A stretch of DNA of 64,000 bases from an uncultured Alphaproteobacteria bacterium. Lineage in GTDB: Bacteria > Pseudomonadota > Alphaproteobacteria > RF32 > CAG-239. The position numbers and the translations under genes are program-made. Shown piece by piece: positions 10,369 through 21,026 of the stretch (position 1 is the stretch's first letter; each line of letters opens with the position of its first letter). The DNA lies in the NCBI GenBank assembly GCA_944391615.1, contig CALXUE010000002.1, positions 57,485-121,484 on the forward strand, in the 5' to 3' direction. The notes beneath the pieces are model-generated. The model made no database searches, was not told the DNA's origin, and worked only from the letters and a program-made list of their open reading frames with translations.

Positions 10369-10797
10369 CTATTGAGGATTATTTTCGGTATAAGAAGCCA
10401 TAACGGCATCAACATCTTGCAACAAACGCTTTGTCATATCTAAAGAGCACTGCGCATTAGTCAAGGACGAAATTGTACCTTTTCCCTGAGATTGAGTATA
10501 GGCGAGCAAAGTGCAATAATAAGACCTGAAGATAACCCATTGATCAAGAAAATTTTTCATATTTTGAGCTGTAGGAAGGCTTGGATTTTCCCAACCAGAA
10601 AAATAGGGATTAGAGGCAAGTGTTGCAAGCTTAGAATTAACGGAGCGTAAAACTCTTGCCGCTTCATTATTTGTGCAATTAATCAAGGCATAATCATCTT
10701 GAGCGGCATCCAAACAAGATTGATAAGTATCAGCCCAAGCCAAATGAGCAGAAAAGACAACGGCACACAAACTGCCAAATAAAATTTTTTTATTCAT
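10369..10797 (-). CDS. LprI/DUF1311-like secreted protein (paralog)
   Basis: Signal peptide, same 4-Cys pattern, WVIFRSYYC. Confidence 0.6.
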   Translation of the reverse strand: MNKKILFGSLCAVVFSAHLAWADTYQSCLDAAQDDYALINCTNNEAARVLRSVNSKLATLASNPYFSGWENPSLPTAQNMKNFLDQWVIFRSYYCTLLAYTQSQGKGTISSLTNAQCSLDMTKRLLQDVDAVMASYTENNPQ

Positions 10798-10929
10798 AAA
10801 AGCCTCCCGAAAAAGAATATAAATAAATATAAAATGAAATATTTAACATTCAATTAAGTGACATAAAAATAATATTTTTTTAACAATTTATCATTAAGCT
10901 AAAAAGAACAAAAAAGAAAGGGTGCGATC

Positions 10930-11247
10930 ATGCTCAAAAAATTAAGTATATTAATTGCGGTAATAGTATTAGCTTCATGCATCAGAGTCGAATACAAGCG
11001 TTCTCTGGCAGATAGTTTTGTCGGCATGAAAGAACAAGAGCTTGTAACCAGAATAGGCCCACCGGATAATGTTTATGAAATAGGCAATGCGAGATATTTA
11101 ACATATTATAAAATCGTACAAGGAAATAATGGTTACATTGCCGGCAGATGTAAAATAACCTTTACTTTTTTTGATAAAAAATTAGACAATTGGCAGTATG
11201 ATGGAAATATCTGTAATCAATATATAAACAGTATAGGTTTGCATTAA
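10930..11247 (+). CDS. Small lipoprotein
   Basis: Lipobox VLASC; IGPPD and CKITF motifs. Confidence 0.7.
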   Translation: MLKKLSILIAVIVLASCIRVEYKRSLADSFVGMKEQELVTRIGPPDNVYEIGNARYLTYYKIVQGNNGYIAGRCKITFTFFDKKLDNWQYDGNICNQYINSIGLH

Positions 11248-11250
11248 AAA

Positions 11251-11279
11251 GAAAGGGCTCTTGCGGGAGCTCTTTTTTG
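11251..11279 (+). terminator. Intrinsic terminator
   Basis: aaagggctc-ttgcgg-gagctcttttt hairpin followed by T run. Confidence 0.55.
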
Positions 11280-11393
11280 TTACCGCAGAGAGTTAGGCTT
11301 TGATAAAAAAGCCTTACGAGCCAGAGCGAACCCTTTAGGGTGAGAACCCCTGAAACAAAAAATCCCCCAAGTTAATAAAACCTGAGGGGAAAC

Positions 11394-11469
11394 TGGTAGG
11401 CGCGTGGGGGTTCGAACCCCAGACCCACTGATTAAGAGTCAGTTGCTCTACCAACTGAGCTACGCACCC
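11394..11469 (-). tRNA. tRNA-Lys (CTT)
   Basis: Reverse complement gggtgcgtagctcagttggtagagc...gactCTTaatc...ggttcgaacc...cca; 76 nt. Confidence 0.95.
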
Positions 11470-11559
11470 GACAATGGGGTTGCCGACATCGACAACAAAG
11501 GCAATATAAAACACGATAAAATAATTTGCAACATAAATTTTACAAATTTTGCAATTTTT

Positions 11560-12012
11560 TTAATACTCGATTTTATCTGCCTTGTTTTTCCATAGATTCA
11601 TAATATCAACAGCTTCTTTAAGGTCGATTCTGTGGAGGTTAACAGGATCATCTTCATAAAACACACGATCGCGAAAACCAATATTTTCAGCATCATACCG
11701 GTCAGCTGCATAATAAATTTCTTTGATATTCGCCCATTTAGCAGCATTTAGACACATAGGGCAGGGCTCGCACGAAGTATAAAGTGTGCAACCGGATAAA
11801 TCAAAAGAGTTAATATTTTTACAAGCATTACGAATAGCCATCACTTCACCATGAGCGGTTGGATCATTATCCAAAACGACTCTATTATGCCCTTCGCCGA
11901 TAATATTACCTTGAGCATCAACAATGATAGCACCGAAAGGAGAACTTCCGTTATCAACGGATTTTTTGCTCAGTTCAATAGCTTTTAACAAATTTTCTTG
12001 ATGATTAATCAT
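11560..12012 (-). CDS. Nucleoside/guanine deaminase (Zn-dependent CDA family)
   Basis: PFGA, DPTAHGEV, TSCEPCPMC motifs. Confidence 0.9.
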   Translation of the reverse strand: MINHQENLLKAIELSKKSVDNGSSPFGAIIVDAQGNIIGEGHNRVVLDNDPTAHGEVMAIRNACKNINSFDLSGCTLYTSCEPCPMCLNAAKWANIKEIYYAADRYDAENIGFRDRVFYEDDPVNLHRIDLKEAVDIMNLWKNKADKIEY

Positions 12013-12189
12013 AATTGCCTCACAATAAATTTCAACAAAATGAATAATACGCCAAAAAAAATAGAAGTAAAGAATGTTTAGCATAAAAATCATTAAAAAA
12101 ATTAGAGAAAAAACAACATCCGCAATTGTTCTTTTCTTAAATTTTTTTTAATAAAGACACTTTAGTATCAAACAAGAGGCAAGGTAAAA

Positions 12190-13035
12190 ATGAATACAGC
12201 AATAACGGACATAGACACGACTAATGAAGAAAAAATACTAAAAGAATATTATAATCACTGTGTTGAAAAAGTCGCAGAAAATAATTTTCTGGTTATGTAC
12301 GCAAAAGAAAAATTAAGGCATTCATATCAGGTTATCGGAGCAGGGAATTATATCTTAAAACATGAAAAAATATTTGCCCAAAGTAAAGACAACGATTTTT
12401 TGCGCTCAGCCAAATTAGCTTATTTATTCCATGATATTGGACGTTTTACCGAAATAGAAAAACATTTTTCCAGCCCCGAGCAAAAATATGATCACTCAGT
12501 TCTGAGTTATGAGATATTAAAAACATATTCGGAGTACGCCAAACCCGAAATTTTATTACCAATCAAACATCACGGACATATGATAGATAATTTATATAAA
12601 GACGAGGATTACCAAGCAATAACGGATGCAACACTAAAAGAAAGAATCAATCAAATCGCATTTTTGGTGCGCGATGCGGATAAAATTGCCAATTTTTACT
12701 TGTTAAAAACAGCATGGGCCAAACAAGCCCCGGAGCTAAGCCTCTTTTTTTATGATTTGCCAATAATCCGTCCCAAACAAAAGGCCTTTGACCAGTACTT
12801 AAATCATGAAATGGTTGACAGAGGGCAAGAAACTTCAAAAGGCGAAACATTACTTAATTATCTTTCATGGATATATGACCTAAATTACCAATCCTCTTTT
12901 GAATTTTGCCAAAGAAATGGCGTTTTTTCCATATTTTATCAAATAATAGATGCATATATTCCAGATGATACAGACAAAATCAAAGTCAAAAAACAATTTG
13001 AAAAATCCATCCAAACAACAAATATGAAAGGATAA
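12190..13035 (+). CDS. HD-domain phosphohydrolase
   Basis: KLRHS, FHDIGRF, HH, VRDADKIAN motifs. Confidence 0.8.
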   Translation: MNTAITDIDTTNEEKILKEYYNHCVEKVAENNFLVMYAKEKLRHSYQVIGAGNYILKHEKIFAQSKDNDFLRSAKLAYLFHDIGRFTEIEKHFSSPEQKYDHSVLSYEILKTYSEYAKPEILLPIKHHGHMIDNLYKDEDYQAITDATLKERINQIAFLVRDADKIANFYLLKTAWAKQAPELSLFFYDLPIIRPKQKAFDQYLNHEMVDRGQETSKGETLLNYLSWIYDLNYQSSFEFCQRNGVFSIFYQIIDAYIPDDTDKIKVKKQFEKSIQTTNMKG

Positions 13036-13039
13036 ACAA

Positions 13040-13822
13040 ATGAAAAAAAGATATATCTTATTGGCAGGTATTGCCGTAATAGCCGGCGGGGCTTATTACG
13101 TATATAATTCGCTGGATGCCATTGTCGGCAAATTAGTTAATAAATATGGTAGCGAAGTTCTGGGAACAGAAGTTAATCTTGCAGGTTTCAGCATATCACC
13201 AACCAAAGGCACGGCGGAAATCAACCGCTTAACCATTGCCAACCCCAAAAACTACAAAGAGCCATGTTTATTTGACTTGAACAAGGTCGCCGTTAAAATA
13301 GATATGAAATCTTTAACCTCTGACACCATCATTATTGACAGTATTGAGGTAAACAAACCGGCCATAACTTATGAAATGTTGTCTTTGACACAAAATAACA
13401 TCAAAGAAATACAGGACAATATCAATAACTATCTCAAAAAATCATCATCAGGTGAACAAACAAAAGCTAAAACAGAAACAACAGAAAAAGCCGAAGCTTC
13501 TGAAACCGGCAAAAAAGTCATCATCAAAAAATTAACCATAAGCGATGCCGCTTTAACAGCTGCAGTTGCCGGACAAGACGCGACCTTAAATCTTCCAACC
13601 ATAGAAATGAAAAATCTTGGAGAAGAAAAGACCCAAACAAAAACCAACATTCCGCAGGTCATAGCAAAAGTTATGAACAAAATTTTGAGTGTTGCAATGG
13701 ATAATGTTGTCAGCAACAAACTGAATAACTTTAAAGATGTCGCTAATGAAAACTTAAACAACGTAGTCGGTGGCGTCAAAGACCGCATCAAAGAATTAGG
13801 TATTTTCGGCGGCAAAGAATAA
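13040..13822 (+). CDS. AsmA-like protein
   Basis: N-terminal anchor; G..VLGTEV, LTIANPKNY, IIIDSIEVNKP. Confidence 0.65.
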   Translation: MKKRYILLAGIAVIAGGAYYVYNSLDAIVGKLVNKYGSEVLGTEVNLAGFSISPTKGTAEINRLTIANPKNYKEPCLFDLNKVAVKIDMKSLTSDTIIIDSIEVNKPAITYEMLSLTQNNIKEIQDNINNYLKKSSSGEQTKAKTETTEKAEASETGKKVIIKKLTISDAALTAAVAGQDATLNLPTIEMKNLGEEKTQTKTNIPQVIAKVMNKILSVAMDNVVSNKLNNFKDVANENLNNVVGGVKDRIKELGIFGGKE

Positions 13823-13837
13823 TTTCCATTATTCAAA

Positions 13838-13872
13838 AAAAAAGCAGGGTCCAAGCGGCCCTGTTTTTTTTA
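13838..13872. terminator. Bidirectional terminator
   Basis: A run-gcagggtcc..ggccctgt-T run between convergent genes. Confidence 0.55.
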
Positions 13873-15486
13873 TTTAAGATATTGCGTAATACTGTCAAAT
13901 GTCAAAATCTGAGGCAGAATATAACTTTTTTGATTAATATAAAAGACATAAAGAGGCACACTGTTGCGCCCAAATTGCGCCAAAGATTCCGTAATTTGAG
14001 GTGAACTATTCGTCCAATCCGCGCGAAAGAGAGCAACATTATTTTGCTTTGCCCAATCTAAAAATTGTGCTCTATCCAACACGGCTTTTTCATTCATCAA
14101 GCAGGTCAAACACCATTTAGCGGAATAATCCACAAACACTTTTTGGTTGCTTTGAACTAATTGGTTAATTTTAGCGGCATCAAAATCTTGCCATTCGGAA
14201 TTAGAGTGATTTTTAGTATTTGTAAATATTTGAGCATAGAGCAACCAAGATAGCCATATACAAGTCAAAATCAACGGAATAGCAAGAATATGTTTCAAAC
14301 GCACCATCCACATTCCTGGCTTAGGCAGCAAAAAGGCCACAACTTGAGGAAAAAATCCCGCGAGTAAAAAAGGCAAAGCGTAGCCAAACCCCAAAGCAAG
14401 AAATATCGGCACATAGACCCAAGACGGTTGTGTTAAAACAAAACCAATAGCTGTTCCCATAAAAGGAGCCGAACAAGAACTTGCTATAACAACAGAAAAC
14501 ACACCGGTTAAAAAAGCACCGCCTTTGCCTTCACTCATAAGCCACTTGCTGTTTAAAGAAAAACTAAGTTCAAACACATCTAAGAACATCAAGGTAACAA
14601 TAACAAAAATAACTAACAGCACAGCTACAAAATAGGGTGATTGTAGTTGAAATCCCCAGCCGATACTTTCACCGCTTTGCCTCAAAATCATCATAAGCAA
14701 AGCCAATCCCAAAAAAGAAACAATCACCCCCAAGGCATAAAATACAGCATCGCTTCTAGCTTTTTTAATATCTGTAATATTTTTAACGAGATTAAGCACC
14801 TTAACCGAGAGCACCGGCAAAACACAAGGCATTAAATTTAAGATAATTCCGCCGGCAAAAGCCAAAATCAAAGCCCAAACCACCCCATCAGCCATAAGCG
14901 GTATATCATTATTTTCAGACAGATTTTGAGATTTGTTTTGAGCAAGACGCCTATGCTCCAACAAATGCCTCCATTCGGCGGAAGGCAAAACATTGTGCTG
15001 AACAATAGGTAAAGAAAAAACAAATTGCTTACTTTGCAACAAACATTCATCGCGACAAGCCTGCCATGACACATCTAACTTAAATTCAAGTTTTTTGCTT
15101 GATTTATTTAGGTTGATAGGTTCGAAAGAAGCCAAATAATAAGCATTTTTCTCAAAACCAAATTGCGTGCCCAAATCTGTCACAAAAGTTTGTTCATCAC
15201 CAAAACTTTGGGAAATTAGCTTATACCCGACATTGTCCACCCATTCAACAGTAGTTGGCAAACCGATATCTCCGGGGTTAGGTGCCAGAATATGCCACCC
15301 GTCATCAATATCAAACACCACCATCATCTCAAATTTTTGTTGAGGATTAATGGCTTGAGAACTTGCATAAACCCGCACACTAACAGGAGAAGCATTATAT
15401 TCGGCCACGACAGCCTGTGCCTGCTTAAACACACTTAAGCAAAACACCATCAGATAACAAGCTAATTTTCCCAATTTAAGCAACAT
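13870..15486 (-). CDS. dsbD: DsbD-family thiol:disulfide interchange protein
   Basis: GWHI..NPGDIG, LNLMPCVLPV, SCSAP, WCLTC thioredoxin motif. Confidence 0.9.
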   Translation of the reverse strand: MLLKLGKLACYLMVFCLSVFKQAQAVVAEYNASPVSVRVYASSQAINPQQKFEMMVVFDIDDGWHILAPNPGDIGLPTTVEWVDNVGYKLISQSFGDEQTFVTDLGTQFGFEKNAYYLASFEPINLNKSSKKLEFKLDVSWQACRDECLLQSKQFVFSLPIVQHNVLPSAEWRHLLEHRRLAQNKSQNLSENNDIPLMADGVVWALILAFAGGIILNLMPCVLPVLSVKVLNLVKNITDIKKARSDAVFYALGVIVSFLGLALLMMILRQSGESIGWGFQLQSPYFVAVLLVIFVIVTLMFLDVFELSFSLNSKWLMSEGKGGAFLTGVFSVVIASSCSAPFMGTAIGFVLTQPSWVYVPIFLALGFGYALPFLLAGFFPQVVAFLLPKPGMWMVRLKHILAIPLILTCIWLSWLLYAQIFTNTKNHSNSEWQDFDAAKINQLVQSNQKVFVDYSAKWCLTCLMNEKAVLDRAQFLDWAKQNNVALFRADWTNSSPQITESLAQFGRNSVPLYVFYINQKSYILPQILTFDSITQYLK

Positions 15487-15488
15487 GT

Positions 15489-16196
15489 TTATTTGCGCTC
15501 GGCAATCACAAAATTATAATAAGCTGTGGCAATAATACTAAACGCTTTTACCAAACAGATAATACCGAAGAAAATGGCCAATTCCATAAACCAAGCCGGA
15601 ATAATGCACATAATCACCAGAGCGATAAGCGTTTCAGCACCTTGAGCAATACCGCCCAAATAAAAAGGAGACTTACTAATCACAATTTCCGTCAACTCTT
15701 TTTGTTTAGATGCCACCAAGGCATAGGCAAGCATAGCACAAGCAGAAGCCGCAAAACCAAATAACAAGAAAGTTGCCGCAATGGCATTTTGCTCAGGATT
15801 AGCAAGAGCAAAACCAAAGATAACACCGGTATAAAAGATATAATCCAAAGAGGCATCAAGAAAAATACCAAATTCAGTAACTTTTGTTTTGCGGGCGATT
15901 CTACCGTCAATAGCATCAAACAATCGATTAAGCAAAATACAAATCAAAGCCCAACCAAACATATTCATAGCCAAAAAGTTGATGGCCAGCAACCCAATAG
16001 CAAATCCGATAACGCTGGAAACATTTGCACTTACCCCGTTATCACTAAAGATTTGTGCGCTAGCATCAATAAATTTATAAATAAGCGCACGGCTTTTGGC
16101 AACAGAATTGTTCACAACCGAAACAGCCTTCTTGATTTTGCGCTCATCCAGTTTATTGTAAATTTTGTCTTTAACAGATTTAACTTTTTTGTTCAT
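15489..16196 (-). CDS. CDP-alcohol phosphatidyltransferase family protein
   Basis: DAIDGRIAR...GIFLDASLD signature. Confidence 0.85.
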   Translation of the reverse strand: MNKKVKSVKDKIYNKLDERKIKKAVSVVNNSVAKSRALIYKFIDASAQIFSDNGVSANVSSVIGFAIGLLAINFLAMNMFGWALICILLNRLFDAIDGRIARKTKVTEFGIFLDASLDYIFYTGVIFGFALANPEQNAIAATFLLFGFAASACAMLAYALVASKQKELTEIVISKSPFYLGGIAQGAETLIALVIMCIIPAWFMELAIFFGIICLVKAFSIIATAYYNFVIAERK

Positions 16197-16317
16197 GGAA
16201 AATCCCTCATAAAAAAACACAAAAAACATAGTCCGAATTACATTCTAATGCAACAAAGCTTAAAAGTAAAAAACTCTTATCAAGTTATTAAACAAAAAAA
16301 GGTTCAATAAAAAAAAT

Positions 16318-17352
16318 ATGAGAATAATAAAATATATTTCAATAGCCATCATATGTGTACTGGTATTTTATTTTATCAGCTTTCAAAAAAATGATAAATA
16401 CATCACCCTGCACGGACAAACCATGGGAACTTTTTATAATATAAAGATATTAGCGCCCAACCGACACATTCCCGAAAGCTTGCCGGCCGAAATTGAAAAA
16501 GAATTGGCCAAAGTCAATCAACAAATGTCCGTTTTTATTGAAGATTCCGAAATCAATCAAATAAACCGCTTGCCAGCCCAAAAAGAACTAAAATTATCAT
16601 CAGATATGAGTATCTTATTAAATGATGCCCAAAAGATATACCATAAGAGTAGGGGAGCTTTTGACCCAAGCGTTGCTCCACTCGTTGAACTTTGGGGTTT
16701 TGGTCGAGGCAATATCTCGCATTTTCCGCAAAAAGCAGAAATAGAAAAGAGCCTCCAATCTGTGGGATTTGATAAAATTAAGTTAAATAAAACCAAACAC
16801 ACTTTGTACAAAACAATATCATCAACAACCTTAAATTTATCAGCCATAGCCAAAGGTTACGGCGTAGATAAAATTGCACAGGTTTTAGACAACAATCAAA
16901 TCAACAATTACGTCATTGAAATTGGAGGTGAGATCAGAACAAAAGGCCACAAGGATGACCAGCAATCACCATGGCGCATAAGCTTGACCGCCCCCATTGG
17001 CAACGGCGAGGGAAGTGCTTATATATTAAACCTCACAGATCAGTCTGTGGCCACTTCGGGCAATTATCGCAATTACCATCAGGTCGGCAACAAAAGATTA
17101 TCCCATAGCATTTCACCCCAAACAGGAATGCCGATAGATAATAATATGCTCTCAGTCACGGTAATAACCTCAAATTGCATGGAAGCGGACGCTTATGCCA
17201 CAGCCATAATGATATTGGGAAAAGACAAAGGACTTAAACTGGCCGAACAAGAAAATTTGGCGGTTATCTTGTTCACAGAAGATGAAAACGGCCACATTTC
17301 GTCCCATATATCTTCATTAGCACAAAAATTTATTGAAAAGAGTAACAAATGA
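16318..17352 (+). CDS. apbE: FAD:protein FMN transferase ApbE
   Basis: TMGT, FDPSV, AIAKGYGVD, EIGGE, ATSGNY, ADAYATA. Confidence 0.95.
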   Translation: MRIIKYISIAIICVLVFYFISFQKNDKYITLHGQTMGTFYNIKILAPNRHIPESLPAEIEKELAKVNQQMSVFIEDSEINQINRLPAQKELKLSSDMSILLNDAQKIYHKSRGAFDPSVAPLVELWGFGRGNISHFPQKAEIEKSLQSVGFDKIKLNKTKHTLYKTISSTTLNLSAIAKGYGVDKIAQVLDNNQINNYVIEIGGEIRTKGHKDDQQSPWRISLTAPIGNGEGSAYILNLTDQSVATSGNYRNYHQVGNKRLSHSISPQTGMPIDNNMLSVTVITSNCMEADAYATAIMILGKDKGLKLAEQENLAVILFTEDENGHISSHISSLAQKFIEKSNK

Positions 17353-17783
17353 TAAAAAGACAAGGACAAATCAGCAAAATTTCAGGCCAAGAACTTTACA
17401 TCAGCTTCACACAAAGCGCCATGTGCGCCCATTGCCAAATCAAAGAAAATTGCCTCAGCAGCGCCCATCAAAAACGCGAATTAAAAGCACTCGTTTCCAA
17501 TCCTGCTGATTTTCAAATCGGTGAAACGGTAGAGATAGAAATAAGTACTCTCAATTCAACTTATGCCCTATTACTCGGATACGGACTTCCTCTAATAGTG
17601 CTGCTAGGCGTATCTTTTTTATGCAGTATGGCAAAATTAAGTGAAAACACTAATGCTTTAAGTTCAATCGCCGCAGTCATAATCTATTATATCTGGCTAA
17701 GCTTTTATAAGAAAAAACTTGAAAAAAAGTTTCACATAACTGTGCATAAAATCGCATCGACAAGCAAAATTGGGTGTAATTGA
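17349..17783 (+). CDS. rseC: RseC/MucC family protein
   Basis: SAMCAHCQIKENC, GYGLPL, two TM helices. Confidence 0.8.
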   Translation: MIKRQGQISKISGQELYISFTQSAMCAHCQIKENCLSSAHQKRELKALVSNPADFQIGETVEIEISTLNSTYALLLGYGLPLIVLLGVSFLCSMAKLSENTNALSSIAAVIIYYIWLSFYKKKLEKKFHITVHKIASTSKIGCN

Positions 17784-17851
17784 TAAAAAAACCTTTGAGA
17801 AGAAAACAAAGGTGGTATGATTGCCCAGAATAAAAGAGAAAAGAGGTAAAA

Positions 17852-18697
17852 ATGAACATAATATTGTCAGGCGTGCTCGTTTTAGGGGGAATAGGTTTTT
17901 GCGCAGCCCTAATTTTATACTACGTAGCACAAAAATTTCATACAGATGATGATATGCGCGTTCAAAAAATAGAAAAAATCTTACCGGGGGCTAATTGCGG
18001 CGGTTGCGGACAAGCCGGATGCCACGATTTTGCCGTTGCATGCGCCACATCCGATGAAAAGAGTTTTGAAAAACTTCACTGCACGGTCGGCGGCAATAAA
18101 TTAATGAAAGAAATTGCTGATATTCTTGGTTACAAAGCCGTAGAAAAAGCACCAACGGTTGCCGTTTTGCGCTGTCAGGGCAGTTGCCAAAATGCACCGA
18201 TAAAATTTGAATTTTCAGGATTACAAAGTTGCCGTTTAGCCACTCAAATAGCAACAGCCCGTTCAGAATGTCCTTATGGCTGTATGCGTCTTGGGGATTG
18301 TGTTAATGCTTGCAAATTCGGTGCACTGAAAATGAATCCCAAAACCGGATTGCCGGAAGTTGACGAAAATAAGTGCGTTTCCTGTGGAGCCTGCGTTGCG
18401 GTCTGCCCGAAACAATTATTTGAGATTCGCCCAAAAGGCAAAGACGGAAAAAGGGTCTATGTTGCTTGCCGCAATCAACTAAAAGGAGCTCAGGCACGCA
18501 AAAATTGCTCTGTTGCCTGCATAGCCTGCCAAAAATGTGCTAAAATAAATTCCGAAATCAAAATAGAAAACAACTTATCCTATATTCCGACAAGTGTGGA
18601 TGCAGAGCAATATGGAGAAATTTTAGCAAAAAGCTGCCCAACGGGAGCAATCGTCTATACGGGACTAAAAAAGGAGAATAACCAGCATGAAGACTAA
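17852..18697 (+). CDS. rnfB: Rnf complex subunit B
   Basis: LPGANCGGCG, multiple CxxCxxCxxxCP motifs. Confidence 0.9.
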   Translation: MNIILSGVLVLGGIGFCAALILYYVAQKFHTDDDMRVQKIEKILPGANCGGCGQAGCHDFAVACATSDEKSFEKLHCTVGGNKLMKEIADILGYKAVEKAPTVAVLRCQGSCQNAPIKFEFSGLQSCRLATQIATARSECPYGCMRLGDCVNACKFGALKMNPKTGLPEVDENKCVSCGACVAVCPKQLFEIRPKGKDGKRVYVACRNQLKGAQARKNCSVACIACQKCAKINSEIKIENNLSYIPTSVDAEQYGEILAKSCPTGAIVYTGLKKENNQHED

Positions 18698-20015
18698 AAC
18701 CTTTCCAATGGGCGGAATACACATAGACAAGCACAAAATCACCAGCCACAAAGCAATAATAGATGCCGGTTTGCCGGAATATGTTTACATTCCGATAAAG
18801 CAACATATTGGAGCACCGGCCAAAATTCTTGTTCAAAAAGGAGACAAGGTAAAAGTCGGTACTTTGTTGGCAGATGCTGACGGGCTTGTATCTGCCGACA
18901 TTCATTCTTCAGTTTCGGGTGAAGTCGTAAAAATAGAAGACATCGTCAATGTTGATGCCTATTTGACACCGATGATAGTCATAAAAGTAGAGGGTGATGA
19001 ATATGAAAAGAGCATTGACCGCACACCTGATATTATCAAAGACATAACCTTAAGCCGTGAAGAAATCATTCAACGTATAAGAGAATCAGGAATTGTCGGC
19101 ATGGGCGGAGCCGGATATCCAACGCCGATAAAAACCACCATACCTGAAGGCAAAACCGCCGACACCTTAATTATCAACGGCATTGAATGTGAGGCATATC
19201 TGACCGCCGATGACCGCTTGATGGTAGAGCACGCGGAAGAAATAATTATCGGAGCCAAAATTCTCAATAAGGCTTTAGGAATACAAAACGCCATCATCGC
19301 CATAGATGAAAACAAGCCCGAAGCCATTGAAAAAATGCAAAGTTTGTGTCGTAAATATGTTGGCGTCAATGTTGCCGTCTGTGAGAGCAAATATCCTCAA
19401 GGAGCCGAAAAACAATTAATTAAAGCCATTACCGGCAGAGAAGTCCCGTCAGGAAAACTTCCGATAGATGTTCACTGCATTGTGCAAAATGCCGGCACAA
19501 CATTTGCCGTTTATGAGGCTGTCCAAAAGCATAAACCTCTATACGAAAGAATTATTACCGTCTCAGGCGATGAAGCTGCCGAAACACCCCAAAATTTCAG
19601 AGTAAGAGTAGGGACTCCAGCCTCGTTTTTAATCAAACAAGTTACCAAACATCCCAAAAAGATTGGCAAAGTTATATTTGGCGGAGCCATGATGGGAATA
19701 TCTGCTGTTAATATGGAAGCCCCAACCACCAAATTAACATCAGGCATTTTGCTCTTAACAGACAAAGATGCCAACAAACCCCAATCCAGCGAGTGCATTC
19801 GCTGTGCCCGCTGTGCCGATTTCTGCCCCATGGGCTTGCGGCCATATGCCATAGCAACGGCTTTAAAGAATCATGAGCTATCGGAATTGGGAGGATTACA
19901 TACAATGGACTGCATAGAATGCGGCTCTTGCTCATACATTTGCCCAGCCAGAATTCCTTTATTGGATTATTGCAAGCTTGGTAAAATGGAAGTCAGAAAA
20001 CAACTTAAGAAATAG
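18687..20015 (+). CDS. rnfC: Rnf complex subunit C
   Basis: QHIGAP, GIVGMGGAGYPT, YPQGAEKQL, CIRCARC/CIECGSC. Confidence 0.95.
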   Translation: MKTKTFPMGGIHIDKHKITSHKAIIDAGLPEYVYIPIKQHIGAPAKILVQKGDKVKVGTLLADADGLVSADIHSSVSGEVVKIEDIVNVDAYLTPMIVIKVEGDEYEKSIDRTPDIIKDITLSREEIIQRIRESGIVGMGGAGYPTPIKTTIPEGKTADTLIINGIECEAYLTADDRLMVEHAEEIIIGAKILNKALGIQNAIIAIDENKPEAIEKMQSLCRKYVGVNVAVCESKYPQGAEKQLIKAITGREVPSGKLPIDVHCIVQNAGTTFAVYEAVQKHKPLYERIITVSGDEAAETPQNFRVRVGTPASFLIKQVTKHPKKIGKVIFGGAMMGISAVNMEAPTTKLTSGILLLTDKDANKPQSSECIRCARCADFCPMGLRPYAIATALKNHELSELGGLHTMDCIECGSCSYICPARIPLLDYCKLGKMEVRKQLKK

Positions 20016-20024
20016 AGAAAAATA

Positions 20025-21026
20025 ATGCTAAAGATATCAACAGCACCACACATTAATTCGCCGCAATCAACCCAAAGCATCATGAGAGATGTCATAATCG
20101 CCTTGATGCCGGCCTTTGTCGTTGCTTTATGCGTATTTGGCGTGTCCGCCTTGGAAGTTATAATAACATCCGTGGCCGGTTGCGTCGTGTTTGAATATAT
20201 GATATGCAAATATTTAATGCATATCCAACCCACCACCTGGGACTTATCAGCTGTCGTGACAGGACTGTTACTGGGCTACAATTTGCCGGCCGGTTTTCCA
20301 ATATGGATGAACTTAATTGGCTGTTTTGTGGCAATCGCCATAACTAAAATGGCCTTTGGCGGCATTGGTAAAAACCTGTTTAATCCGGCATTAGCAGGCA
20401 GAGTATTTTTGCTCATATCATTTCCGATGGAGATGACAACATGGCCTAAACCACATATTTTTGACTTTATGAATACGGATATGCAAACCGGCGCGACAAC
20501 TTTAGGCATTTTGAAACATCTAGACGCCGAAACATCAGCCACAGCTTTATCTCGAGCTACCACCAACCAAGAACAACTTCCTGATTATCTGGATATGTTT
20601 TTAGGCAACATAGGCGGGAGTATTGGCGAAATTTCAACTTTAGCCTTAATTTTAGGCTTTATCTATTTGTTGTATAGAAGAATAATCAGCTGGCATATTC
20701 CGGTATATTACATAGCCACTTTTATGATACTAACAACCATCCATTGGTTGCTGACCGGCAGCACGCAGGCCGAACCGATGACTCAACTATTATCCGGCGG
20801 CTTGTTTTTAGGGACCATATTTATGGCAACAGACTATACAACCTCACCGATGTCAAGGCAGGGAAGGATAATTTTTGCCATAGGATGCGGCATTTTAACC
20901 TATGTTATTCGCTTTTATAGTGTTTATCCCGAAGGCGTATCGTTTGCAATATTAATTATGAACGCCTTTGTCCCAATGATAGATAATTTGTGTGTTCCGC
21001 GTGTATTTGGCACAAGGAGAAAATAA
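20025..21026 (+). CDS. rnfD: Rnf complex subunit D
   Basis: FGGIGKNLFNPAL, TGATT, FMATDYTTSP, YPEG. Confidence 0.95.
   Translation: MLKISTAPHINSPQSTQSIMRDVIIALMPAFVVALCVFGVSALEVIITSVAGCVVFEYMICKYLMHIQPTTWDLSAVVTGLLLGYNLPAGFPIWMNLIGCFVAIAITKMAFGGIGKNLFNPALAGRVFLLISFPMEMTTWPKPHIFDFMNTDMQTGATTLGILKHLDAETSATALSRATTNQEQLPDYLDMFLGNIGGSIGEISTLALILGFIYLLYRRIISWHIPVYYIATFMILTTIHWLLTGSTQAEPMTQLLSGGLFLGTIFMATDYTTSPMSRQGRIIFAIGCGILTYVIRFYSVYPEGVSFAILIMNAFVPMIDNLCVPRVFGTRRK

Noticed and set aside
10843-10857. TTAA-N7-TTAA CtrA-like box
   Set aside because: Single hit in very AT-rich DNA; could be chance
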